Source: Octopus bimaculoides (taxonomy: Eukaryota). Taken from it: DNA of 64,000 nt. The stretch covers positions 55,117,301 through 55,181,300 of the forward strand of contig NC_068996.1 in the NCBI RefSeq assembly GCF_001194135.2. The letters run 5' to 3'. Each line of letters starts with the position of its first letter. Within the stretch, counting starts at the first letter, position 1. The notes below the pieces were generated by a model, which worked only from the letters and a program-made list of their open reading frames with translations, did no database searches and was not told where the DNA came from. Below, in pieces: positions 55,580 to 62,915 of this stretch. A program made the translations under genes and the position numbers.

Positions 55580-56485
55580 NNNNNNNNNNNNNNNNNNNNN
55601 NNNNNNNNNNNNNNNNNNNNNNNNNNNNNNNNNNNNNNNNNNNNNNNNNNNNNNNNNNNNNNNNNNNNNNNNNNNNNNNNNNNNNNNNNNNNNNNNNNNN
55701 NNNNNNNNNNNNNNNNNNNNNNNNNNNNNNNNNNNNNNNNNNNNNNNNNNNNNNNNNNNNNNNNNNNNNNNNNNNNNNNNNNNNNNNNNNNNNNNNNNNN
55801 NNNNNNNNNNNNNNNNNNNNNNNNNNNNNNNNNNNNNNNNNNNNNNNNNNNNNNNNNNNNNNNNNNNNNNNNNNNNNNNNNNNNNNNNNNNNNNNNNNNN
55901 NNNNNNNNNNNNNNNNNNNNNNNNNNNNNNNNNNNNNNNNNNNNNNNNNNNNNNNNNNNNNNNNNNNNNNNNNNNNNNNNNNNNNNNNNNNNNNNNNNNN
56001 NNNNNNNNNNNNNNNNNNNNNNNNNNNNNNNNNNNNNNNNNNNNNNNNNNNNNNNNNNNNNNNNNNNNNNNNNNNNNNNNNNNNNNNNNNNNNNNNNNNN
56101 NNNNNNNNNNNNNNNNNNNNNNNNNNNNNNNNNNNNNNNNNNNNNNNNNNNNNNNNNNNNNNNNNNNNNNNNNNNNNNNNNNNNNNNNNNNNNNNNNNNN
56201 NNNNNNNNNNNNNNNNNNNNNNNNNNNNNNNNNNNNNTGCCTCACCACCTCAGCCCAGGTCTTCCTGGGCCTACCTCTTCCACGGGTTCCCTCAACTGTT
56301 AGGGTGTGGCACTTTTTCACGCAGCTATCCTCCTCCATTCTCACCACATGTCCATACCAGCGCAATCGTCTCTCTTGCACGCCACAACTGATGCTTCTAA
56401 TGTTCAGCTTTTCTCTCAAGATACTTACACTCTGACGGGTATTCACATTGACATTACACATCCAACGGAGCATACTGGCTTCATT

Positions 56486-56535
<50 letters not shown>

Positions 56536-57662
56536 ATGAAAATGGCCACACTCCACATCTGATGTGATTCTATAAATCAACTGAGAATTTGAAAGCAGTC
56601 TACCATGTTTATATAAGAGTGTACTTTGAGCAAAGTGATGCCTTAAATGAGAAACAGCAGCTAAATCTGTTGCAAATCACACTCTGCCATTGTAAAAGGA
56701 AGGTATCCATTGGATAATGTTGTCCTAGATACACTGATTCTGATTAAAAACTAAAAGACAAAGGTCTCAGTTCAATCGGCTTGACCATAGACTTGCAGGG
56801 TCAAGGCTGACCTGGTGCAAAAACAACACAGGTGGTTCTGTGTGGTTGCTCAACTTGCTTGAAATAGCAGCCAAAACCTCCTTCAACTAACACTCTAATG
56901 TATCACAAAAAAAGAAGAACACATTAATTAATGTACATCTAAATACATACTGCCTGAATATGAAAAGAAATAGGACAGTCATGGCTGGAATGCCTTTTAT
57001 CATAAGATTGTTTCATTAGGACTGAACTGGTGCTAAATAACATCAACACGTGTGTGTGTTACGAAAAACAAAACACGAAGACAGGTGTGTAAACAACAAA
57101 CAGGTGTATTAGTTTAACGCTTGGGAAGGTGAGAAAGTCTTTTAAATTTTGAACCTACGCTCTTCTACAAAAAACAAAAGATGAAGACAGGTGAAGGAAC
57201 AACAAGCAGGTGTATTATTCCGTGTTGCATCAGTGAACAGGTTGCAGCCTCAAAGCGATGAAAATATTTTGACAAGTTAAATTTAAATGTTGAAGTGAAT
57301 CTAACGATTTTTCTGTGTTTCTTAAATGGCTTATAAACACCTTCCACACTGCAATTGTTTTTGTTTCAGCACATGATCTCAGACCAGGTCACTTGCTATG
57401 CAAGTACATCTCTGTTAAATAAATATATATTTACATTAATATTTAGAAGAAGCACCAAAGTGACTCAAGGGTCAGGACTTTCATGCATTGGCACTCATCA
57501 AAAGACGAAACTCCCAGCCCTTGAGTCGCTTTGTTGCTTCAGCTAAACACACACACACACACACACACACACATAAAAGTTGATTCATTTGACAAAAAAA
57601 TTCTTTAGAGCAGTACCCCAGCATGGCTGCAGTCTAATGACTGAAACAAAAAGCTAAAAGAT

Positions 57663-57695
<33 letters not shown>

Positions 57696-60600
57696 GTAAC
57701 ATGTAGACACATATACTTGCAAGTGAGTGTGTGTGTGTGTGATATACATATATAAATATATAAGATAAATGACAAATGAATAAAATTGTTTTTTATTCAT
57801 TAAACCCCCAGTGATGTTGAATTGACAGCAGATATTGTTAAGAGGAAATAAAATACTTATAGGATATGAGCATATATTATCGATGCTCTATGGAAATATA
57901 CCTCTTTATATGATTTGTGTAGAAATATGTATAGCAACAAAACCAATGCAATAGATCAACATACAAGATACACACACCCTCACACACATACATAGTATAA
58001 TCTTTGAATTCAAAACATTTGGAAAATACCAGGTCATGGTATAGCATAATAAGCAATCTTGGAGCAAAATTGTAAACACATGACAAATTCTTGAGGGGAA
58101 AGAGATACAAGACAAAAAAAAAAGACAATATTACCTGATCTCATATTTGTCATAGTTGGAGGAAAATCTAATAGTGTAGGATTATGGGTTGTAACACCAA
58201 CTTCTATGGAACCAGACCATTTATCTACAAGTTCATCAAGTCGAATCTAAGGAAGTAAAGATTGAAAATGTAAAAACTGAATGTAGTTTGTAACTGAATA
58301 AAGTTCTGTTTTTTTTGCATTATGGTATCATAAAATAGACACAAATCATGTTAGGTAGAGGTATAGTTGTTTTTGGTTTCAATCCCACTGTACAGCACCT
58401 CAGGCAAGTGTCTTCTGTTATAGCTGTGAACTGCTCAAAGTGTTGTATGGATTTGGTTGACAGAAACTGAAAGAAGCCTATCATACATGTGTGTGTGTGT
58501 GTTATTTTCGCCTTGCCTTGATATTGCATGGTACTTATAAATGAGTATCACCATCAATAAGCAGTGTCCTTCATTTCCAGTCTTTTGTGAAAAATATGTC
58601 TGGCCATGAAGAAATATTACTTTATTCTTAAACAGGGGAAAAACAACAGTAGAAAATCTGCTTCAACAAATTCCGTCTGACCCATGCAAGCATGGCAAAG
58701 TGGACATTAAAACAGTGATGATAATAGTTAACAAAATCAGGGAATATATTTTTTATTTAGGTTGCTGTATTATATGGAGATCATTCAATACTGCTGCAAA
58801 ATCCTTTCTGAGATTCTTCCTTACCTTTGAACCACAAGCAATATGTGCCATATTATTTGATATATTTGTGTTAAGCCTGTAAATTAAATTAACTGCACAA
58901 ATTTAATGGATTAAACTTCACTAATCCACTTGCACACAATCACACATACATAACAAACATTCATTATGCTTTCTTACATCTTGTGTGACATAATGCATAT
59001 TTGAAATTTTTATATTGACACAAATCAATGTGTGCGTGTGTGTGTGTGTTATTACTTTCTTTTTTTGTTGCTTTTGAAGGGAGCGGAGAGAATGGACAAT
59101 TAAAATGACCCACGTATTTGACTGGTACTTTATTGTAGCATCTTCAGACATTGAAAGAAAGTTGGCTTTGGTAGTATTTGCACTCAGTCTGTAACTAAAC
59201 ACTTTAACTGATGCTCCACATCAGTGCAGTGGATTCTGCCAATACACTGATGTAACCAGAACAGACTGTATTCACAATATTATTATTATCTCCTATGAGA
59301 ACCAGAATAATTGCCAGAATAACTGGGTATGAAATACAAAATCCAGAAAACGCTTATACTATGAATACCAATAACCAGGCATGTGCCATCAGTAATTACT
59401 CAGGGTAGGCAGTAGATAAAAGGATAGTCACTATCCATTGCTGGAAAGGGGTAAAAATGGAAATGAGCTAAAACTGAAGGAAAAAACAAAAAAAAAATAA
59501 GTGAAACACAGGCGCACAATTGAATTGAAAGCAGAGTTATTTCTACCTTTATAACATGTAAAGAAAATGGTGTTGTAGGAGTGTATGTAGAATGTGTACT
59601 ACAGCAGTACTATGCATAGCTTAAATACTGAGATTGAAAAGCAGGGTAAAATTATGCCTACCTTATCTTAAAAAAGATAGAATATTTTGTATTATATGCA
59701 GAGTAATCAGAGCAACCTTCATAATTTTATTGAATTAGGTGCATATTTTGCCATAAAAGGAAAATGTTGCTATCAATCTATTTTATTCAAGGTAGGCATT
59801 GCCTACCTTGCATACCTAGGTGGCATGTCCCTGCCAATAACAGAATTACTCCATGGCTTTCACACAAATACAGACAAGTGCTATAAGAATGAAGTTGAGT
59901 AGGAGACTCAATCCACCTACACCTGGGTGTCTCTGGTTTGGTTTTTTGCTCCTTCTGACCAGTCTTGAAAACTGTGAAAGATCAAGATCATGTACAGCAG
60001 CCCCTCCCCCTTGACTAAAAGCTTAAAGAAAGTCCTTATGTAAAAATAAGGGCTAATTTTTGTAAGGGATGAGGGTTGATCAATTGAAACAATACAAATC
60101 TGATAATTAATCTAATTTATAATTGGAAGAAAAATAAGAACAGGTGATTGATGGAATTTGAAACCCAAATATTGAGGGATCCAAGACAAATACAGTAAGC
60201 CAACTGGACATGGCACCTAGCTGTTTAGATTGTTCTTAACAGCTCTACTGCTCTGAGGGAACTCATAAAGTGACTTGTCCACCTGCTAAAAACAATAGCT
60301 AAACACCCCTTGAAGCCCAATGTGTTGCGTCTTGAAAAGACAGCAACACATTTGATAATATAGTTTTAGGTATGCAATGTTCAGAAGAAGGACTAGATGG
60401 TCATTATTGGAACACCTCTGATCATGGGACAGCTCACTCTGAGCTGACCAAGATCTAAACAACCTCTCTAATGATTAAGGAAAATAAAAACCAAAACGAA
60501 AATTCTTACCTCAAAAATTTCATCATCTTTTATTGGTCTGTTTGTCATAACCACACCATTGTTGAACTCGTCCAACGGTCTCGTTCTTTCCGCTGTTCGT

Positions 60601-61057
60601 CTGCCATTGGTCAACTTCACAAGTCCACCGCACTTTTCATGGAACACTAGTCTTTCATTGGAACGTAAAGTCTGAGCATCTCCTCCTCCTCCACCACCCG
60701 CTCCCCCTCCTCCTCCTCCACCGCCGCCACCACCCCCAGCACCACCCCCATTTCCATTATTGTTTCCACTGCTACCAGCAGCACCGGCTGCACTATTACC
60801 ACCATTGCTACCGCCACTACCACCACCGCCGCTGCTGCTAGCTCCTCCTCCTCCTGCACCTCCTATCAGAAGGTTCACCGACACAGGTACGTTGTTTGAT
60901 GTTGTGCTGGCATTGTCGTTAAGTGCACTGTTAAAGTTTGGCTCCATAACAACTGCTGAACTGTTGCCAGTGGCTTGACTTAAATTACTGGCGACTTGAT
61001 TAGATAACACTGCCAAATATTCATTGGCAATTTCATTAACGATATTGCTATTGAAGG
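1213..61057 (-). CDS. NEURL4: Neuralized-like protein 4 (NEURL4) orthologue, partial: 20 coding exons encoding NHR2-NHR6 and the start of the C-terminal region; 5' and 3' ends outside the window
   Basis: Manual splicing gives an uninterrupted 3501-nt frame with GT-AG at every junction and matching phases. Five tandem NHR domains each start with an FH/FS..G motif and end in DLYG. Diagnostic NEURL4 strings: [105 protein letters not shown]. Confidence 0.96.
2009..2087 (-). CDS. NEURL4: NEURL4 exon, end of NHR6 plus linker
   Basis: cag|[27 protein letters not shown]|gtatgt; 79 nt, phase 0 to 1. Confidence 0.88.
3488..3697. mobile_element. piggyBac-type MITE (family 1)
   Basis: TTAA on both sides (3484-3487, 3698-3701); termini TCTTTTAGCATT (degenerate) and AATGCTAAAGGG; no ORF. 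Confidence 0.7.
3732..3911 (-). CDS. NEURL4: NEURL4 exon, NHR6
   Basis: cag|[38 protein letters not shown]...[10 protein letters not shown]|gtaagt; 180 nt. Confidence 0.95.
5211..5369 (-). CDS. NEURL4: NEURL4 exon, NHR6
   Basis: tag|[53 protein letters not shown]|gtaaga; 159 nt. Confidence 0.93.
6153..6326 (-). CDS. NEURL4: NEURL4 exon, start of NHR6
   Basis: tag|[58 protein letters not shown]|gtaaaa; 174 nt. Confidence 0.93.
6830..6957 (-). mobile_element. Penelope-like element 3' end (GIY-YIG tail), truncated by an assembly gap
   Basis: [34 protein letters not shown] fits the R.I.E...I....P.LN terminal motif of PLE endonucleases. Confidence 0.55.
8252..8389 (-). CDS. NEURL4: NEURL4 exon, end of NHR5 plus linker
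   Basis: tag|[46 protein letters not shown]|gtaaaa; 138 nt. Confidence 0.9.
8472..8697. mobile_element. piggyBac-type MITE (family 2); further copies at about 18218-18426, 46722-46930 and partial about 33990-34160
   Basis: TTAA-CCATTTT ... AAAAGGG-TTAA; shared body TCTGTTGAAATACACTG..TTTTGAAAATAATGAAGAATTT in the other copies, two of which start TTAA-CCCTTT. Confidence 0.7.
9345..9443 (-). CDS. NEURL4: NEURL4 exon, NHR5
   Basis: cag|[33 protein letters not shown]|gtaagt; 99 nt. Confidence 0.94.
9690..9840 (+). mobile_element. Decayed RTE-like LINE fragment
   Basis: [15 protein letters not shown] resembles the M.D.RLPK..FY.EL motif of RTE C-termini. Confidence 0.45.
10920..11132 (-). CDS. 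NEURL4: NEURL4 exon, NHR5
   Basis: cag|[21 protein letters not shown]...[28 protein letters not shown]|gttagt; 213 nt, phase 0 to 0. Confidence 0.93.
11465..11792 (-). mobile_element. SINE-like element, family E (related pieces at about 4590-4740 and 44825-45030)
   Basis: Minus strand has GCTCAGTGGTTA..GTTCAATTCCC boxes followed by GTGTTGTGTTCTTGAACAAGACACTTTA. Confidence 0.5.
12130..12330 (-). mobile_element. Decayed RTE LINE C-terminal fragment
   Basis: [51 protein letters not shown], a degraded version of the 56238-56490 peptide. Confidence 0.7.
12504..12643 (-). CDS. NEURL4: NEURL4 exon, start of NHR5
   Basis: cag|(E)[46 protein letters not shown]|gtaaga; 140 nt, phase 1 to 0. Confidence 0.93.
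12705..13345 (-). mobile_element. Three head-to-tail family A SINE copies
   Basis: Three successive CACAAGGCC/AGAAGGC..CTGGTA..GAAAGG..GACCT..GAATTTGAACTC units separated by AAT/GAT microsatellite. Confidence 0.7.
13570..13995 (-). mobile_element. Gypsy/Ty3 LTR-retrotransposon integrase remnant
   Basis: [48 protein letters not shown] resembles ERFHRQLKAAL..W...LP.VLLG.R...KEDLG.S.AEL; downstream [25 protein letters not shown] resembles the GPY/F module. Confidence 0.7.
14635..14681 (+). ncRNA. Degenerate minimal hammerhead motif (PLE terminal-repeat-like remnant)
   Basis: AGACAC CTGATGA a GGCTG gagggtatat CAGCC AAAA CGTT ATGTT; GAAA is mutated to AAAA and the first stem I pair is broken, so it is probably inactive. 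Confidence 0.55.
16005..16482 (+). mobile_element. SINE family C copy ending about 20 nt from an exon donor
   Basis: Same sequence as 54585-55010 in opposite orientation, with an expanded (TG)n centre. Confidence 0.8.
16502..16636 (-). CDS. NEURL4: NEURL4 exon, end of NHR4 plus linker
   Basis: cag|(G)[45 protein letters not shown]|gtaaat; 135 nt, phase 1 to 1. Confidence 0.95.
16774..17047 (+). repeat. 38-bp minisatellite, about 7.2 near-identical copies
   Basis: Unit AAAGTATGGGGGACTTACACAGAAATCTAATGGGATGA; GTAT recurs at 16777, 16815, 16853, 16891, 16929, 16967, 17005 and 17044. Confidence 0.95.
18741..18968 (+). repeat. (AAT)n and (GAT)n microsatellites; representative of the many (TA)n, (TG)n, (GA)n and (CAT)n tracts, several abutting N gaps
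   Basis: Directly visible; also a TA/CA-rich low-complexity block at 37933-38310. Confidence 0.95.
21372..22641 (+). mobile_element. Full-length defective mariner (Tc1/mariner, irritans-like) transposon
   Basis: TIRs CAAGGGGGTGCTGAAAAGTTCCTGGCTTT and AAAGCCAGGAACTTTTCAGCATCCCC, with TA at the left end. Fragmented transposase 21532-22568 contains [34 protein letters not shown] and [16 protein letters not shown], with frameshifts and stops. The subfamily is an inference. Confidence 0.9.
23395..23690 (+). mobile_element. tRNA-derived SINE-like element, family D
   Basis: GGAGGCACATGGCCTGGTGGTTAGAGCAGCAGACTCGCAGTCGAGGGATCGTGGGTCAGAATCTC is a tRNA-like head with A and B boxes followed by a non-tRNA body. 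Confidence 0.55.
24455..24624 (-). CDS. NEURL4: NEURL4 exon, NHR4
   Basis: cag|(S)[57 protein letters not shown]|gtatgt; 170 nt, phase 2 to 1. Confidence 0.95.
29470..29800 (+). mobile_element. R4/Dong-like non-LTR retrotransposon RT remnant (decay probably extends from about 27850)
   Basis: [12 protein letters not shown]..; [29 protein letters not shown]; [16 protein letters not shown], resembling IRKEY.RR.RLILK.ELN..NK..AINT and ..ELR.LDRKTRK. Confidence 0.5.
32503..33130 (+). mobile_element. RTE-clade LINE fragment (3' part of ORF, spans a gap)
   Basis: [52 protein letters not shown]. Confidence 0.85.
34654..34732 (-). CDS. NEURL4: NEURL4 exon, NHR4
   Basis: tag|(G)[27 protein letters not shown]|gtaatt; 79 nt, phase 1 to 2. 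Confidence 0.94.
36215..36720 (-). mobile_element. Penelope-like element remnant: Cys-rich region plus GIY-YIG endonuclease C-terminus
   Basis: One frame reads [99 protein letters not shown], a typical PLE endonuclease, with two TGA stops. Confidence 0.85.
39268..39485 (+). mobile_element. tRNA-derived SINE, family A (many copies: about 1638-1850, 10140-10367, 18965-19165, 25410-25615, 44035-44250, 49445-49660, 49720-49920, all minus)
   Basis: GGCAGCGAGCTGG head, GAGTTCAAATTCC B box, conserved core GAGGTCAACTTTGCCTTTCATCCTTTCGGGGTCGAT..AAGTACCAG. Confidence 0.8.
40545..40787 (-). CDS. NEURL4: NEURL4 exon, start of NHR4
   Basis: cag|(E)[28 protein letters not shown]...[13 protein letters not shown]...[13 protein letters not shown]|gtataa; 243 nt, phase 1 to 1. 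Confidence 0.95.
42545..43060 (-). mobile_element. CR1/L2/Jockey-group LINE 3' remnant
   Basis: [20 protein letters not shown]...[25 protein letters not shown] resembles the FYRY..G.CS.EL...P...SFFP.T..LWN.LP..VFP..YDL..FK tail of this group. Confidence 0.6.
43226..43388 (-). CDS. NEURL4: NEURL4 exon, end of NHR3
   Basis: cag|[25 protein letters not shown]...[18 protein letters not shown]|gtaaga; 163 nt, phase 0 to 1. Confidence 0.95.
44301..44568 (-). CDS. NEURL4: NEURL4 exon, NHR3
   Basis: cag|(N)[40 protein letters not shown]...[11 protein letters not shown]|gtaacc; 268 nt, phase 2 to 0. Confidence 0.95.
47029..47113 (-). CDS. NEURL4: NEURL4 exon, start of NHR3
   Basis: cag|(E)[29 protein letters not shown]|gtaatt; 85 nt, phase 1 to 2, exactly bridging the neighbouring exons. 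Confidence 0.93.
49090..49411 (-). CDS. NEURL4: NEURL4 exon, end of NHR2 plus linker
   Basis: tag|[25 protein letters not shown]...[14 protein letters not shown]...DPDIIE-G|gtaagt; 322 nt, phase 0 to 1. Confidence 0.95.
52430..52518 (-). CDS. NEURL4: NEURL4 exon, NHR2
   Basis: cag|(G)[29 protein letters not shown]|gtaagt; 89 nt, phase 1 to 0. Confidence 0.95.
52887..52935 (-). ncRNA. Type I minimal hammerhead ribozyme motif (PLE-type), sense to the NEURL4 pre-mRNA
   Basis: Minus strand reads GTCT CTGATGA a GGGAT gtataaaat ATCCC a GAAA CAGCTG TA AGAC: stem I GTCT/AGAC, full core nucleotides, palindromic stem III. An A-A mismatch closes stem II. Confidence 0.65.
53160..53598 (+). mobile_element. 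Abundant SINE-like repeat, family B, with (GAT)n tail (copies: about 95-340, 2844-3068, 7315-7590, 45905-46325, 48790-49062 in +; 20658-20810, 24075-24250, 26724-27140, 27424-27775, 43466-43700, 51380-51565 in -)
   Basis: Shared GTGGTTGGCGTTAGGAAGGGCATCCAGCTGTAGAAACTCTGCC...CCAACCCATGCTAGCATGGAAAGCGGACGTTAAACGATGATG. Dependence on an RTE LINE is an inference. Confidence 0.8.
53929..54058 (+). ncRNA. Type I hammerhead ribozyme motif (PLE-type, palindromic stem III, extended stem II), intact core
   Basis: Stem I ATCT (53932-53935) pairs with AGAT (54052-54055); core CTGACGA 53936-53942; stem II AGCC-t-AGAG...CTCT-t-GGCT with an inner hairpin (TACCTCA..TCTACT / AGTAGA..TGAGGTA); GAAA 54040-54043; palindromic ACAGCTGT; GTA cleavage triplet 54049-54051. 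Confidence 0.72.
54585..55010 (-). mobile_element. tRNA-derived SINE, family C (best-preserved copy; others at about 16005-16480 +, 47590-47800 -, 51590-51900 -, 58340-58510 +)
   Basis: Minus strand begins GGCGCAGGAGTGGCTGTGTGGTAAG (A box), then GGTTCAGTCCC (B box) and GGCACCTTGGGCAAGTGTCTT; it has an internal TA/TG microsatellite and multiple dispersed copies. Confidence 0.8.
56238..56490 (-). mobile_element. RTE-clade LINE C-terminal fragment
   Basis: [57 protein letters not shown]. Confidence 0.88.
58135..58246 (-). CDS. NEURL4: NEURL4 exon, NHR2
   Basis: tag|[38 protein letters not shown]|gtaata; 112 nt, phase 0 to 1. Confidence 0.95.
60510..61057 (-). CDS. NEURL4: NEURL4 exon (first in window): NHR1-2 linker with poly-Gly tract and start of NHR2
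   Basis: Polypyrimidine tract and cag acceptor, phase 1 start; ...[60 protein letters not shown]|gtaaga. The 5' boundary is less certain than the 3' boundary. Confidence 0.88.
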
Positions 61058-61399
61058 CTGGATAGTGGTGGAGAAAATGGAAGGAAGAAAAGAGAAAAAG
61101 AAAAAAAAAAGGATACTTGTTAAGTTGAAGAATTATATGGTTGGTGAACGATGCAGAGAATAATTTAATGACTAATGCAGTGAACAATGTGGTGAAGGTG
61201 AACAATGTAGTTAATGTTATAGTGAACATATGATGAACAATGTAAATAATGTAGTGGATGATGTAGGCAGCAATGAAGTGAACAATTGAGCAATATAGTT
61301 AATGAACAATATAATTAATTATATAGAGTGTAGTGAATTGATGCAATTAAAGACGTGATGGACAGTATATCGAGTAGCAGAGCAATGAAGAATAATATA

Positions 61400-62613
61400 T
61401 TGGGTCATCCCATAAATAATGCAGTTTTTTTTTATATTTCTTTAATTTTTCAAAATTAAAATAAACACAGTCCTTTTTAAAATCTAGAATATACTCTCCT
61501 TCATTTTCTACAATGCTCTTCCATCTATCTGGTAGACTTGCAAGGCCCCTTTTCCAAAATTCACTTGTCTGTGATGAAAAATACTCTTTTAGTATTGTTC
61601 TGACTTTGTCTACAGAATTCATATTTTTTCCGTCCAAATGATTTGGAAGACTGCAGAATAAATGATACTCAGATGGGGCATCATTTCCCATTCAAACTGC
61701 TCCAGCCTTTGGAATGTAATTTTTGCTCTATGTGGCCAAACATTAATCCTGTTGTAAGAACACCTTTTGTCTTGAAACCAAGGATGATCATTTTTCTTCT
61801 AGCGCTGACTTAAGCCACTCAAACTGCTCACAGTAGATCTCCTTTGTTATCGGTTGGTTTGGGTTTAAAAGTTCAAAGTGGACTAAACCTTTCATATCTC
61901 ACCAAACAGATAACAACACCTTACGTGGGTGAAGACCTTCTTTAGCCTGGGATGCCAGTGTTTCTTCTTTCTTTACCCACTATCTTCAGTGCTTGACATT
62001 TTTATAGAGAACCCATTTCTCATCACAAGTCACTATTTGGTCTAAAAAAGGCTCATTTGTGAGATGTGACAGCAAAGAAGAGAACACATTCACTCTCTGC
62101 ACACAATTAGACTTGGAAAAGTTATGAGGAACCCATTGACCCAATTTACTGACTTTTCCAATGGCACGCTGGTGTTGATGAGTGGTTGAATGACCAAATC
62201 CAAGCTTCTCTGCTGGTTCTTCAGGATTTTGTTCCACCAGGGTTTGCAGGATGTCCTTGTTGCACTCTACAGATCTTCCACGACGAAATTCCTAGAACCA
62301 CTGTTGACATTGGCTTATGCTTATTGTCTGATCCCCATATACTGCATTAATATTCCTTGCACTTCCATTCCATTATTGTCTTTATTGAATTCATAAAGCA
62401 AAATATGCCAAATATGCTCCTTAGTCACTTCCATTATAGCTTTGAAAAAATAACTGTTAAAATCGAACTGCACTCTTCAAAACTTGCACTAAGAATAAGT
62501 ACAAGATAAAATTACTACCTGCTTTTATAGCAAGTTGATGCGGGTAGTTTATCCCGCCCCCTTCCGACTTTTCATGCAATTGAAAAAATTGTATTATCTA
62601 TGAGATAACCCAA
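61400..62613 (-). mobile_element. Full-length defective mariner transposon (different subfamily, mellifera-like)
   Basis: TA-TTGGGTCATCCCATAAATAATGC ... GTATTATCTATGAGATAACCCAA-TA TIRs with TA duplication; ATG at 62434 (MEVTKEHIWHILLYEFNK), WVPH, IVTCDEKW, APSEYHLF; frameshifted. The subfamily is an inference. Confidence 0.9.
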
Positions 62614-62619
62614 TAATTA

Positions 62620-62915
62620 ACAATGCAGTTAACGATGTCGAGGACAGTTTGATTAATAGTGCAATGAACAAAGCAACTAATGACATAGAAAACGCTACAA
62701 TTAACAGTGTACTTAATGATTCAGATAATGAGGTAGTGAGCAATATGGTTAAAAATGTAGTGAATGTTGTAGTTAATTATGCAGCGAACAGTATAATTAG
62801 CAATATAATGAATACTACAATGAACAATGTAGTTAATGATGTAATAAACAAGAAAGTTAACAGTACAGTAAATGATGCAGTGAACAATGTTATTGATGGT
62901 GTACAGAACAATATA
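62620..62915 (+). repeat. Degenerate 12-bp minisatellite (also about 61140-61330), interrupted by the mariner
   Basis: Units such as GTGAACAATGTA, GTTAATGATGTA and GTAAATGATGCA in register; this explains the N/V-rich ORF 62649-62999. Confidence 0.7.

Noticed and set aside
61058-61229. N-terminal part of the 253-aa ORF 60468-61229 (MFTITLTTL...)
   Set aside because: Intronic read-through: it covers the polypyrimidine tract and minisatellite upstream of the acceptor
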